Source: Rebecca billardiae RCC1528 (lineage: Eukaryota > Protista > Haptophyta). Taken from it: a DNA stretch of 64,000 bases. Shown piece by piece: positions 30,386-40,813 of this stretch. Every line of letters begins with the position of its first letter. The stretch's first letter is position 1. The notes beneath the pieces were generated by a model, which was given only the letters and a program-made list of their open reading frames with translations, did not search any database and was not told where the DNA came from. Made by a program: the position numbers and the translations under genes. The stretch is from the NCBI GenBank assembly GCA_965240325.2, contig OZ251242.1, positions 868,001 through 932,000 of the forward strand, read 5' to 3'.

Positions 30386-31810
30386 CCATCAGCGCATCAG
30401 TCTTAGTACTCGTCGTAAGGCGTACTCTGAGCCGTCCTCGTAGAGGATCTATCTATCACTCTATCAGTACTGTACAATGATGCTACACTCAGCACGCACA
30501 GTAGCTACAGTCAACAGTGTCGCCTGGATGAGTGATCCGTCCGACTCCGCGCTGAGCAGGAACGCCCGGGCGGGCCGGACGTGAGAAAGCAGCAGATCTT
30601 TTTCCGCGGGGGGGGCACGTCCGTTTCGACGGACGGCCGCCCCCGCGGCTTTGCGTAGCATCAATCAGAGTCCGGAAAATGGAATCCGGGGACGCTCATC
30701 AACTCGCGGGGGGGGGGCTGTTGACGGCCGCGCCGAGCACCCGAGCGTGTCGACCCGCGCCTCGCGCCTACACGCGCATTTGGCGGGGCGCGCGCGGGGC
30801 GCGCCGCGAGTGGGCGCGTCGGCCCGTACGCTCGGAGCCCCGGGGGACTTTCGCCCGAGCGCGCCGCGCCGCGCCCGTCGCGCCGCGCTGCGTCGTGCGC
30901 CGTGCACGCGTTCGGCTCGGCTCGGGTGCCGAGCGCCGCCGACGAGCGGGAAGAGCGCCAGGGGCGGGTGCGCTGGCGCGGGCGGGGTGTGGAGGCACGA
31001 TGTGGGAGTCTACCTCTCGTACCAGGCGCGCGCGCCCGCTCGGCGCCGTCGCTTCGCGCGGCCGTAGGCGTCCAAGCGTCGTTGGTTGGCCTCGACAACC
31101 GCTAAAGGGGGCGGCCGCCTGCCGCAAGCGACGCGGGTAACGATTGACGAGACCGAGCACGCATCTGACGAGACCGAATACGCACCAGCGGCACCGCCGC
31201 ACGGCGCCCGCCCCGCATGAGGCTCGATGGCCAGCGCCGCCCGCCGCGCGCTGCGGCCGCGCGCCGCGCGCACATCAGGTGGGGCGCGCGCGGAGTCCGC
31301 CGCGCGTGGGGGCCTCAGCCAGTAGGCTCAGGCCCCCGGGAGAAGCAAGCGCGGCAACGCCGCGCCGCGCCCGTCGCGCCGCGCCACGGCATGCGGTCCA
31401 ACGACCCATGAACTGCGACCCGGCGGCGCCGCGCTGCACACTATGGCACTGGGGCGGATGGTCATGGTGCGCGCCGCGCGCGCGGGGGCTGCATGTGAAT
31501 GCGGGCGGTGGTGACCCGGCTCGCTCGCCGCGCGCGCGCGTCGCCCTGCGTTACGCTCTAAACTCTTCGCCTGCGCGCGCGGTGCGGATGCTGCCACGAG
31601 AGCCGCACGCGCGGTGCCGCTGTGGTCTTGGTCCGCACTGTCTCACCGCGCCAGCACGTTGCGGCTGCAGCAGCCGCAGCTCACTGGACCATTGATGCCA
31701 GGTGTCAAATCTGAATCGGCAGGGAAGCGGAAGGAGCGCGCCACCTAGCGTGCGGCTCGTGCTGGAGGGCGGCCCGGTCGGACGCACTACTCTGTACAGA
31801 CGCCCGTTAC

Positions 31811-32040
31811 GGCCGTGCTGGTGAGGGGGCCGTAGGTGGTCAGGTGCCGTGACCACTCAGTCACAGGTCTGGCCAGGCTTCAGCGCCGCACGATGACCCC
31901 GGCTGGTCGTCATCGGCCGTGCTGGTGAGGCGGGCCGTACGGGTGGTCAGGTGCAGTGACCACTCAGTCACTGCCAGTCACAGGTCTGGCCAGGCTTCAC
32001 TCGCCTTCAGCGCCGCACGATGACCCCGGCTGGTCGTCAC
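31811..32040 (+). repeat. Two-unit tandem repeat of ~105-125 bp
   Basis: ggccgtgctggtgagg...gaccactcagtcac...cacgatgaccccggctggtcgtca occurs twice. Confidence 0.85.
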
Positions 32041-32317
32041 TCAGTCTCCTCAACAGATGCCCGGTCGGCTAAGTTGGTCTAAATGGTCACCGTCACCGTG
32101 TCGGTTTCAGACAGTGAGTTGTGAGAGTGGTAGCCAGTCAGTCTGCCACTTGCCACCGTAGTGCCAGCAAGGGGTCATCGAGGCGGATATCGTTTGCGTA
32201 GCACGGCCGGGGCCGCGGATCTTTTTCCTCGAGTTATTCGCGCGGCTCTTCGCCTCGGCAAACCTACTGCCTGTTCAGCACCACGCGCGCGAGGCCGAGC
32301 AATCTCGGCGGTGGAAG

Positions 32318-34501
32318 ATGCCGCTCATGGAGTCCGAGCCGCCGGCGGAGGCCGCGCCGGCGCCGGCTCCGTCGAAGATGCGCTCGGTGTCGGCGGGGGT
32401 CTGCGCCGCGATGAGCATCTGCGTCGTCTTCGTCCTCGGCGCCGGCCCGCCCCTCCTCGGCCTAGGCGGCCACCATGGCCGCCGCCACGCGCACGGCGGC
32501 GCTGAGGGCGGCGAGTCGACCGTCGCCGGCGGCTGGCAGCCCCGGCGGCCAACGCTCACGCTGGCGCGGGCCGACGCTCTCGAGCTGGCATGGGGCCAGA
32601 CGCCACCGCCCGGCTACTACCTCGCCGAGTACGAGGTGGAGATCGCTCCGCTCGAGGGCGGGCGAGGCGGCGGCGCGCTCGCGTCGTATACGGGCGCTGC
32701 CGGCGCGCGCGCCTTCGCGGCGCTGCCGCCGGAGACGGCGATGTGCGCGCGTGTCCGCGTGGTGCTCGAGCCCGGCGGCGCACCCAGCCGCTGGAGCGAG
32801 TGCGCGGCCGTCGCGACCCTCGCACCCACCCCGCCCGACGCGCCGCCGACCCCGTGGCCGCTCGGGACGTCCACAACCGCCGTCCTCGTCCGGTGGGCGC
32901 CGCCTGCCGAGACGCACGGGCTCGCGGTGGACCGGTACGAGCTGCGCTGGGCGCTGCTGCAGGACGGGCTCGTCGACCGGTGCCGCTGGTCCGGCGCCAC
33001 GTGCACGCCCGGCGGGTGCGACGACCTCGACGCCGAGGGCAACTGGAGCGTCGCCGAGCGATCGTTCCAAGGTGTCTTTGCCGACTGCCGCGGCGCGAAT
33101 GAGCTCGGCTGCTGCGGCATGGAGTGCTGGTGCTACGACTACAAGTGCTGCGAGAAGGTGCCCGGCGTGGTCTCGTCGCAGCCCGAGACCGCCGAGCTCG
33201 GCGGCGCCGCGCGCAACGCCACGCTCGCCGGCGCCGGCCTCGCGGCCGGCCACCCTTTTGCGCTGCAATTGCGGGCGCATAATAAGCAAGGCTGGTCTGA
33301 CTGGTGCCCGCCGGCGGTGCTGCACGTGGACGCGGCGGCGGCGGCGGCGCAGCCGGTGCCGCCGCGCCCGCCCGCGCTGCAGCCGGCGCAGGTGCGCGAC
33401 ACCTCGATCCTCGTGCGCTGGGAGCCGCCCCCCGACAGCGGCGCCATGCTGATTGGGTTCGAGCTGTGGTACTCCCTCGCTGACGTCGGCGCGTCCCCGC
33501 CGCGCGGCACGGCGCTCCCTGCCGGCATCGTGGCCGCGGCGGCGGCGGCGAGCTCCGCGTCGGACGCGGTGCCGGTGGTCGGCGCGTCAGCGGAGGCGGG
33601 GCTCCTCTACGTCGCGCCGCGCGCCGAGCGCGCGCTGCTCCCCGCGCTCCTCCCGCTCCGAGAGTACACTGTCCGCGTGCGCGCGCGCTCGTCCGGAGGC
33701 GCGTCCGGCTGGGCGGAGCAGCGCGCCACCACGCGCACGCCGCCGCGCCCGGCGGCGCCCGGCGCGGTGCGCGCGGTGCAGGCGCTCGCGGACGCGCTCG
33801 TGGTCGGCTGGACCGACGCGGGCGCCGCGCACGCGCGCGCGCGCACGGATGTGAGCGCGCCCGCCGCCGGTGGCGGCGGCGGCGGCGGCGGCTCGGGTGC
33901 AGGCGGCGCGCACGGCGCGCGCGCGCCCGCGCCGCCAGCCACCATCGCGCCGCGTGCGGTCGAGATCACGGGCCACGAGGTGGAGGCGGTGGAGGTGAGC
34001 GCCGCGGGGGGAGCGGAGGGCGACGGCGGCGGCGGCGCGCGCGCCACCTGCGCCGCGCCCCGCGGCGCGACGACGTGCGCGGTGCCGTCGCTCCAGCCAG
34101 AGACTTGGTATCGGCTGCGCGTGCGTGCGCGCTCGGCGGACGGCTGGAGTGATTGGAGTGATCCACCCGCCGTCGCGCGCACGGCGGAGGCGGGCGGCTG
34201 CCTCGCGCTCGCGGACCACACGGTCGTGCTCGAGCGGCGGAGGCAGGTGCACACCACCCTCGACCGCTGCTCCAAGGACTGCTGGGGCGCGAACGAGTGC
34301 ACCGCGCGCTGCGTCGCGCGGCTCGGCCTGAGTGCGCCGTGTGGCGCGTGCTTTGGCGAGGTCAACGCGTGCACCAAGCGATTCTGCCTCTCGCACTGTG
34401 CGGTCGACCCGGACAGCGAGGCGTGCCGCGCGTGCTCGCGCGAGCGGTGTGTCGCCGACTACGCCGCCTGCCTCGGCGTGCCTCCCGAGCTCGTGCCCTG
34501 A
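32318..34501 (+). CDS. Membrane-anchored fibronectin type III repeat protein with a Cys-rich C-terminal domain
   Basis: N-terminal TM segment and four FN3-like units (VRWxPP...Y/FxLRVRA...GWSDW). C-terminal domain has ~14 Cys. Confidence 0.82.
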   Translation: MPLMESEPPAEAAPAPAPSKMRSVSAGVCAAMSICVVFVLGAGPPLLGLGGHHGRRHAHGGAEGGESTVAGGWQPRRPTLTLARADALELAWGQTPPPGYYLAEYEVEIAPLEGGRGGGALASYTGAAGARAFAALPPETAMCARVRVVLEPGGAPSRWSECAAVATLAPTPPDAPPTPWPLGTSTTAVLVRWAPPAETHGLAVDRYELRWALLQDGLVDRCRWSGATCTPGGCDDLDAEGNWSVAERSFQGVFADCRGANELGCCGMECWCYDYKCCEKVPGVVSSQPETAELGGAARNATLAGAGLAAGHPFALQLRAHNKQGWSDWCPPAVLHVDAAAAAAQPVPPRPPALQPAQVRDTSILVRWEPPPDSGAMLIGFELWYSLADVGASPPRGTALPAGIVAAAAAASSASDAVPVVGASAEAGLLYVAPRAERALLPALLPLREYTVRVRARSSGGASGWAEQRATTRTPPRPAAPGAVRAVQALADALVVGWTDAGAAHARARTDVSAPAAGGGGGGGGSGAGGAHGARAPAPPATIAPRAVEITGHEVEAVEVSAAGGAEGDGGGGARATCAAPRGATTCAVPSLQPETWYRLRVRARSADGWSDWSDPPAVARTAEAGGCLALADHTVVLERRRQVHTTLDRCSKDCWGANECTARCVARLGLSAPCGACFGEVNACTKRFCLSHCAVDPDSEACRACSRERCVADYAACLGVPPELVP

Positions 34502-34816
34502 CGAGCTGCCACTACCGGTACCGCCGCGAGCCACCAGCTCAGACCGCACGCCGCAATTATAACCGTCGGCCCGCGGCCGGCAGGCGGCAGCATCAATCTG
34601 AGACCGCCTGCTCAAACATTCCGCCTGATTCGCCCCACTCCCAAACCTGGCACACCGATACACAGTTGATGTCGATTTGAGATCCCGTAGCAGGGCCCGC
34701 GCGGCGCGGCGCACAGCCACAGCACGGTCAAAGCAGCGCAGCTAAAAAAGGATTTTGCAATTTCAGCGTCGTTTCCGCTGGCGGCCGGGCCCGCCGGGCC
34801 CCGGACCAGCAATGCG

Positions 34817-35908
34817 ATGGCGGCGGCTTTCCTGATGGCGCTGGTGTGCAAGTCGCTGGCTGCGCCAGCAGCCGGCGTGGCGCCGACGCCGCCCGCGTTC
34901 GTCAAGACGACGAGCGATGGCGACGAGCGCGCGGCGCTCGCGGCTCGATACGCGCGTGCCGGGCTGAGCAACGTCACTTTTGTTGACGCGCAGCCCGCCT
35001 CGGCGTGCGAGCAGCCGGTGCCGAGCATGCAGCAGGTCCGCTGTGACAAGGTGGAGCCGCTCGTGCGCAAGAAGCTGTCACAGGCGTGCACGTCGGCCCA
35101 CGCGCTTCGCCTGATGCGCGCTCGAGGCACGCCCGCGCTGCTGCTCGAGGACGATCTCGTCTTCCTCGCGCCGCCGGCGGCGTGGCGCGAGCGTGTGCAG
35201 CAGCTGCTCGCGCATGCGCGCAGCCTCACGCCGGTGCCGGACGTGGTCTACCTGGGCAGCTGCTACACGCCGCTCACGGCGGTCAGCCGCTGCTGGCCCG
35301 TGCCTCGCGCCCACCGGCTGTGGCTCTCGGACGTGCAGAACGCGCTGTGCGAGCACGCTCTTCTCTTCGTCTCGACTGCGGCGATGCAGGCCGTCGAGGC
35401 TGTGTACACGCGCTTCTTGCGGTCGTACGCCCAGGGTGTGACGCAGGCGATCGGCGAGCACCCGCTTGCGCCGTGCGGGGCGCTGCGCAAGGTTTGGACG
35501 CGCACGTTCAGCGGCGGCCCCGACCAGTTGCTGCGCGCGAAGCAGGTCGGGCCCCGGCCAAGGCGGGCGCACGGCCTGCGCGCGCTGCACGTCTGGCCTC
35601 CCCTCGCCGCGCAGGCGAGCTCCGTGCTTCTGCCGCCCGGTGCGCAGGACGTAGGTGCGCTTCGTTCGCGCGCGGACCCACCAAGCCGACGACCTGGCGC
35701 GAACGCAACCGCTGTGATCGCCGTGCCCGGCGCGTCGAGTGCGCTGCTGCGACGGCGAGGCATCCTGCTACTGCGTCGAGCATTGAGCGCGAGCAGGGAG
35801 CTTCTAGAGCTGGGCACAATGCCCAGCCCGTACAGGACGCCATTGCCGCGGCCGATGTGGGCGTCGCTCGTTCCTGGCGCCTGCACCGCCAACAGCTCGC
35901 GCGCATAA
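34817..35908 (+). CDS. Putative GT25-like glycosyltransferase
   Basis: Signal peptide plus CTSAH, ALLLEDDLVF, PDVVYLG and LCEHAL motifs. Confidence 0.6.
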   Translation: MAAAFLMALVCKSLAAPAAGVAPTPPAFVKTTSDGDERAALAARYARAGLSNVTFVDAQPASACEQPVPSMQQVRCDKVEPLVRKKLSQACTSAHALRLMRARGTPALLLEDDLVFLAPPAAWRERVQQLLAHARSLTPVPDVVYLGSCYTPLTAVSRCWPVPRAHRLWLSDVQNALCEHALLFVSTAAMQAVEAVYTRFLRSYAQGVTQAIGEHPLAPCGALRKVWTRTFSGGPDQLLRAKQVGPRPRRAHGLRALHVWPPLAAQASSVLLPPGAQDVGALRSRADPPSRRPGANATAVIAVPGASSALLRRRGILLLRRALSASRELLELGTMPSPYRTPLPRPMWASLVPGACTANSSRA

Positions 35909-36418
35909 CAGTTATCATGGTCATCTCCATCGCGCGCGTCTCCATGATGGCGAGAATCTCCGCCGAAGAGTGGCTGTTACAGCTTACTCGTCAAAGTCCA
36001 CTCCGCATCAGGCTACAATCATCAGACGCCGTTTATCAGACTTTCTGACCTCAATATGTATCTCTGTAGCTGAAGCCTAAACTGAATACAGAGACAGCGG
36101 CGACGCTTGAGGCGAAACGCTATGACTTTTCCCCTAAAAGTAAATACTCGGCTCCGCGGTCCGCGAGCGCTCATGTTCATGTTTAAATTCCCCTTTATAA
36201 CGGGCTCCGGGTGATCAGGCTGGCGGCCGAAGCCTCCAGCCCTACCCTGGCCAGCCCCCAACCAACCACCACCGGCTGCCGGGTCTCGCGCGCGCGTCTC
36301 GGGGTCTTCTCTCGGCACCCAAACCGTAGATGCCGGCCCGCGATTATATTGATGGCAATAATCGTGAGGTCGTTGGACTCGTACGTCGCCCCTCCTGGCC
36401 CCTCCCCCTTTTCGTACC

Positions 36419-39400
36419 ATGACGAACGTCGTCGAGGACTTCAAGAGGACGAAGAAGCACCCGATGGCTCGCTGCCTCATCAAGTACCCACTCGTGCTGC
36501 TCTTTGTCGCCAGCGCGATTCTGCTCGGCCTGGCCTTCATCGGTGGCAGCGCCATCAACGTGTGGCGCTGCGCGACGGGCGGCACCCTCCGCGCACTGCG
36601 CCGCGGCGCGGCTGCACGTGGCAGCGGTGCCCACGCGTGGCGTACGCTGCGCGACGCGCCCCTTTGAACCGCGACCGCGACCCTCTGCCGCCCTCTCATC
36701 CCGCGTGGCGCAGATCTCGCTCGTGGCTGGCGCCGCGCGCACGCCGTACCAGCCGACGGACGCCAACGAGACGCGCCGCATCGACATGTGGATCAACGCG
36801 CAGCGCACGGTCGATAAGGCGTCGGTCGAGGCGGAGCGCCAGACCACCGCCTTCTCCGGCTTCACCTTCATCTTCGAGGCCGTCCTCGACGACGGCTCGC
36901 CCGACCTTGAGGCGGACATCTTCAGCGTCGAGAACCTGCGCGTGATGCGCGCGGCGCAGGCGATCATTGAGGGCGACCGCCGGTGGGAGAGCTTCTGCCT
37001 GCGCTGCCCCATCGACCCGTCGCCGCTCTGCCGCAAGGTGAACTCCACGTACGACGCGGCGGACGCGGTGATCTCGGCGATCCTCGACGAGGAGTCGGAC
37101 GCGTCCGTGCTGAGCCTCGCGACCGAGCTCTACTCGGAGGCGCTGCAGCTCGAGGCGCTCGAGGGCGACACGGCGCAGATCCGCGAGTGCGCGGAGGACG
37201 TGCTCGGCGCGTACAGCGGCGGCGGCACGGTCAGCATCAACGCCACGCTCGACAAGGCCAAGTGCGCCCGCACCGGCGCGCTCGCCACCTCGAGCGTCGT
37301 GTGCGACCCGTTCCCTGGCTGTGAGGACTCGAACAAGTTTGACCAGCTGTGCATGAAGGCCTACTCGCCGCTCGGTGCGTGGCGCGCCGCGCGGCTGGGG
37401 CGGGCGGATGGGTGGCGCGCGCAGCGCCGCGCGCTCGGCGCCCTCACAACCCGCGTCGCGCCCCTCGCGCTCACCTCGCGCGCCCCGCCCCTGCGCGTGC
37501 GCCGCGCCTCCGCCGTGCCGCGGCGCCCCGCGCACACGGCATCGCCCTGCTGCAGGCTACTTCTGCAAGGACAAGGGCGTGGGCGACTGCGACGAGTGGA
37601 ACGACCTCGACGACGCGTGGGAGAAGCTCGACAAGGAGATCGACACGCCGGGCGACGGCGGGTGGGAGGGCCGCGTCAATGTGGCGCCCGCCTCCTTCTA
37701 TCTGCCACGCAGCTACACCAAGCGGGACAAGCGCGCGCACACCGTGCGGATGACGCTGCCGTGCGGGCTGCCGATCGACGGCTTCCTGGACCAGTACGAC
37801 CGCTCGAAGGAGCAGGAGGCGGAGGTGGAGTCCTGGCTCGTCTCGAAGGTCGGCGCGATCGAGGCCTTCCGCGAGGCGGCGCTCGTCTCCCACCCGAACC
37901 TCGCCTTCCGCTGGGTGTCGACAGACAACGTGCTCAACCCGTATTTCGAGAACATCATCGCGGTCGACACGATGTTCGCGCTCGCGGCGATCCTCTTCGT
38001 CTTCCTGTACATCTCGTGGCACACGCGCTCGCCGTTCATCGCGGGCACCTCGCTGCTGGGCGTGGTGCTGTGCTTCCCCGTCGGCGCCTTCTGGTCGATC
38101 GTCGTCTTCCAGGTGTGCGCTGGCGGAGCGCGGCCGGGCGGGTGGGGGCGACATGCGCGTGTGGGTGCGCACGTGCGCGGGTGGTCTGCCCAGCCGAGCG
38201 CGGCGCCTCGGCGTGCGTGCCCCGCCGCACGCGTGCTGACGGACCCCCCGGCCCCGCGCGGTGCGCGCCGTGCGCGTGCGCTGGCCGCCACCCGGCGCAG
38301 GTCAAGTTCTTCGACCCGCTCAACATCTTCCTCATCTTTATTTTGCTCGGGCTGGGCGCGGACGGCGTGTTCATCGTGTTCGACGCGTGGGAGCAGTCCA
38401 AGGAGGGGCTACAGTACTGGCTCGAGCTGCACGGCGAGGCGGAGGCGCACGAGTACCGCATGTCGTTCGTGTGGCGCCGCGCGAGCACGTCCATGTTCGC
38501 GTGCAACGTGACGACCGCGCTCGCCTTCTGCGCGACGATCCCGTCGCCGATCATGCCGATGGCGGCGTTCGGCACGCTCGCCGCGTGCGTGATCATCCAC
38601 AACTGGGCGCTCGACGTGACCGTCGTGCCCGCGATCATCGTGGTGTGGGACCGGTACATCCGCCACCGGTACTGCTGCGTCGTGCCGCGCGGCGCGTACG
38701 CCAAGCTCCCGTGCGCGCTCTTGCCGGGCTGCAAGCCGCGGCCGGAGGAGGCGGACGAGGCCTCGCTCGCGCACGCGCTCAAGCAGCGGCAGCGGAGCCG
38801 CGCCGACAAGGAGCTCGAGGCGGCGGGCGCCGAGGCGGGCGGCGCCAAGGCCGACGGCGCCGAGGGCGAGCACGGCTCGCTCAACCGCACCGAGGCCTTC
38901 TTCCGCGAGAAGTACGCGCCGTTCATCATCAACTACCGCAAGCCGATCCTGCTCGTGATGACGCTGGTGATCGGCACGTTTGTCTTCTTCACGACGCAGC
39001 TCGAGCCCGACCGCGAGGCGCCGCAGCTGCTGCCCAACAACCACCCGCTGTGGAAGGCGATCCTCTCGCTGCGCGACGGCTGGATGGTCGGCGACTCCGA
39101 GCCGCGCTCTGAGCTGTGGCTCGTGTGGGGCATCAAGGACCTCGACGCGAGCGGCTTCAGCAAGTTCGAGTACGACTCGCCGCAGTGCAACGACGGGCCG
39201 TGCGGCGAGGCGGTGTGGGACTCGTCCTTTGACCCGTCGTCCACCTCGATGCAGGAGTTCCTGTCCGACATCTGCGACACGGCGGCGCGCCAGGTCAAGG
39301 CGCCCGGCGCGGGCGGCGTCGGCAACTTCGTGTACAAGCGCGAGGTCGCCACGTGCATGTTCGAGGACTTCAAGAAGTACCTCAAGGGGCGGGGCAAGGA

Positions 39401-40494
39401 CTTCCCCGTCGAGGACGAGGACGACTTTTGGGACGAGCTCCGAGACTTCCTCAAGCCGCCCAAGGACAGCGACAGCGCGGCGGGCGCGGGCTACTCGTAC
39501 GTGCAGCGCGAGCTCGTCAAGATCGACCACGCCGACGACGGGCAGCGCATGTACTTCCTCATCTCGGGCGTGACGATCGACTTCAACCCGCTGCTCTTCT
39601 ACGGCATCCCTGACGTGCTGCCGGGGCACACGGCAGCGCTCGAGTTTGAGCGCGAGTACGCGTACCCGCCGCACACGCCCAAGGGCAACGCGCCCTTCTT
39701 CGTCACCACGAAGGACGGCCTCTTCGCCGAGCTCAAGATGCAGCAGGCGTACATCTCGAGCACCGTCGACGGCGTGATGATCGCGCTCGCCTTCGCGTTC
39801 GTGTCGCTCATGGCGTTCGTCGCCAACCTGGTCGTGGGCGTGCTCGCGTTCCTGTGCATCGCCGGTGTCGTGTGCTGCACGCTCGGGCTGATGGTGCTGC
39901 AGGGCTGGAAGCTCGGCCTCATCGAGGCGATCTGCGCGACGATCGTCGTCGGCTTCTCTGTCGACTACATCGTCCACTTTGCGCTCGCGTATGTGAACGC
40001 GCCGCAGCGCGACCGCAACGGCCGGCTGACGCACGCGCTCGTCGAGGTCGGCATCTCGGTGCTCTCGGGCGCCGTGACGACGATGGGCGCGTCCATCTTC
40101 CTCCTCTTCACCACCGTCCAGTTCTACTTCAAGTTTGGTGCGCGCATGGCGTCTGCGCCGGCCCGCCCCGCCGCAGTGGCCGCGCGCGCGCGCTGGCGCC
40201 GGAGCGGCGGCGTGCGCCGCGCGCGCGGCACGGCCAGGCTCGCCCGCCCTGACGCGCGCGCCACCCGCCGCCGCCGTGCGCACGGCCGCGCGCGCAGGCC
40301 TCTTCATGCTCTCGACCATCTTCTTCTCGCTGATGACGGCCAACCTCGCGTTCACCGCGCTCCTCGCCACCATCGGCCCGGAGGATGACTTCGCCGACAT
40401 CGCCGTGCTGATCGCAAAGCTCACGGGCGGCAGGGTGAAGGTGGGACGCGCGAGCGAGGCCTCACAGGCGCCCGCTGGGCCAGAGTACAAGTAG
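36419..40494 (+). CDS. Dispatched/Patched-like RND (sterol-sensing domain) membrane protein 1; exons 36419-36559, 36714-37374, 37556-38112, 38301-40137, 40298-40494
   Basis: LGLGADGVFIVFDAWEQ (TM4) and VGFSVDYIVH (TM10) motifs in a 12-TM layout. Four GT-AG introns restore a continuous frame. Confidence 0.9.
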
Positions 40495-40813
40495 GTGATA
40501 CGAGATGAGGGTATCCAAGCACTGTACGGCTATTTGTTGCCGTTCAGTGATGAATATGCATACTGTTCATGACCTTTAAGTCGTCAGCAACCATATCACT
40601 GGTAGTACTGGATAGGGCGTCGCAGATCAGGTATGCGGGTATTTGTGAAGGTACACGTTGGCGTACGTATGATGAGTACCACTTTTTGATTGCCCATCTG
40701 CCAACCGTCAAGGCGATCTCCCTTTGGTTCCTGAGCAAGAGCAGGGCTTGCTGCGGATATCCCCCACGCCAAGCTCTCAAGGCCCCCTCGCGGTCGCGCG
40801 CGCTCCGGGAGCC

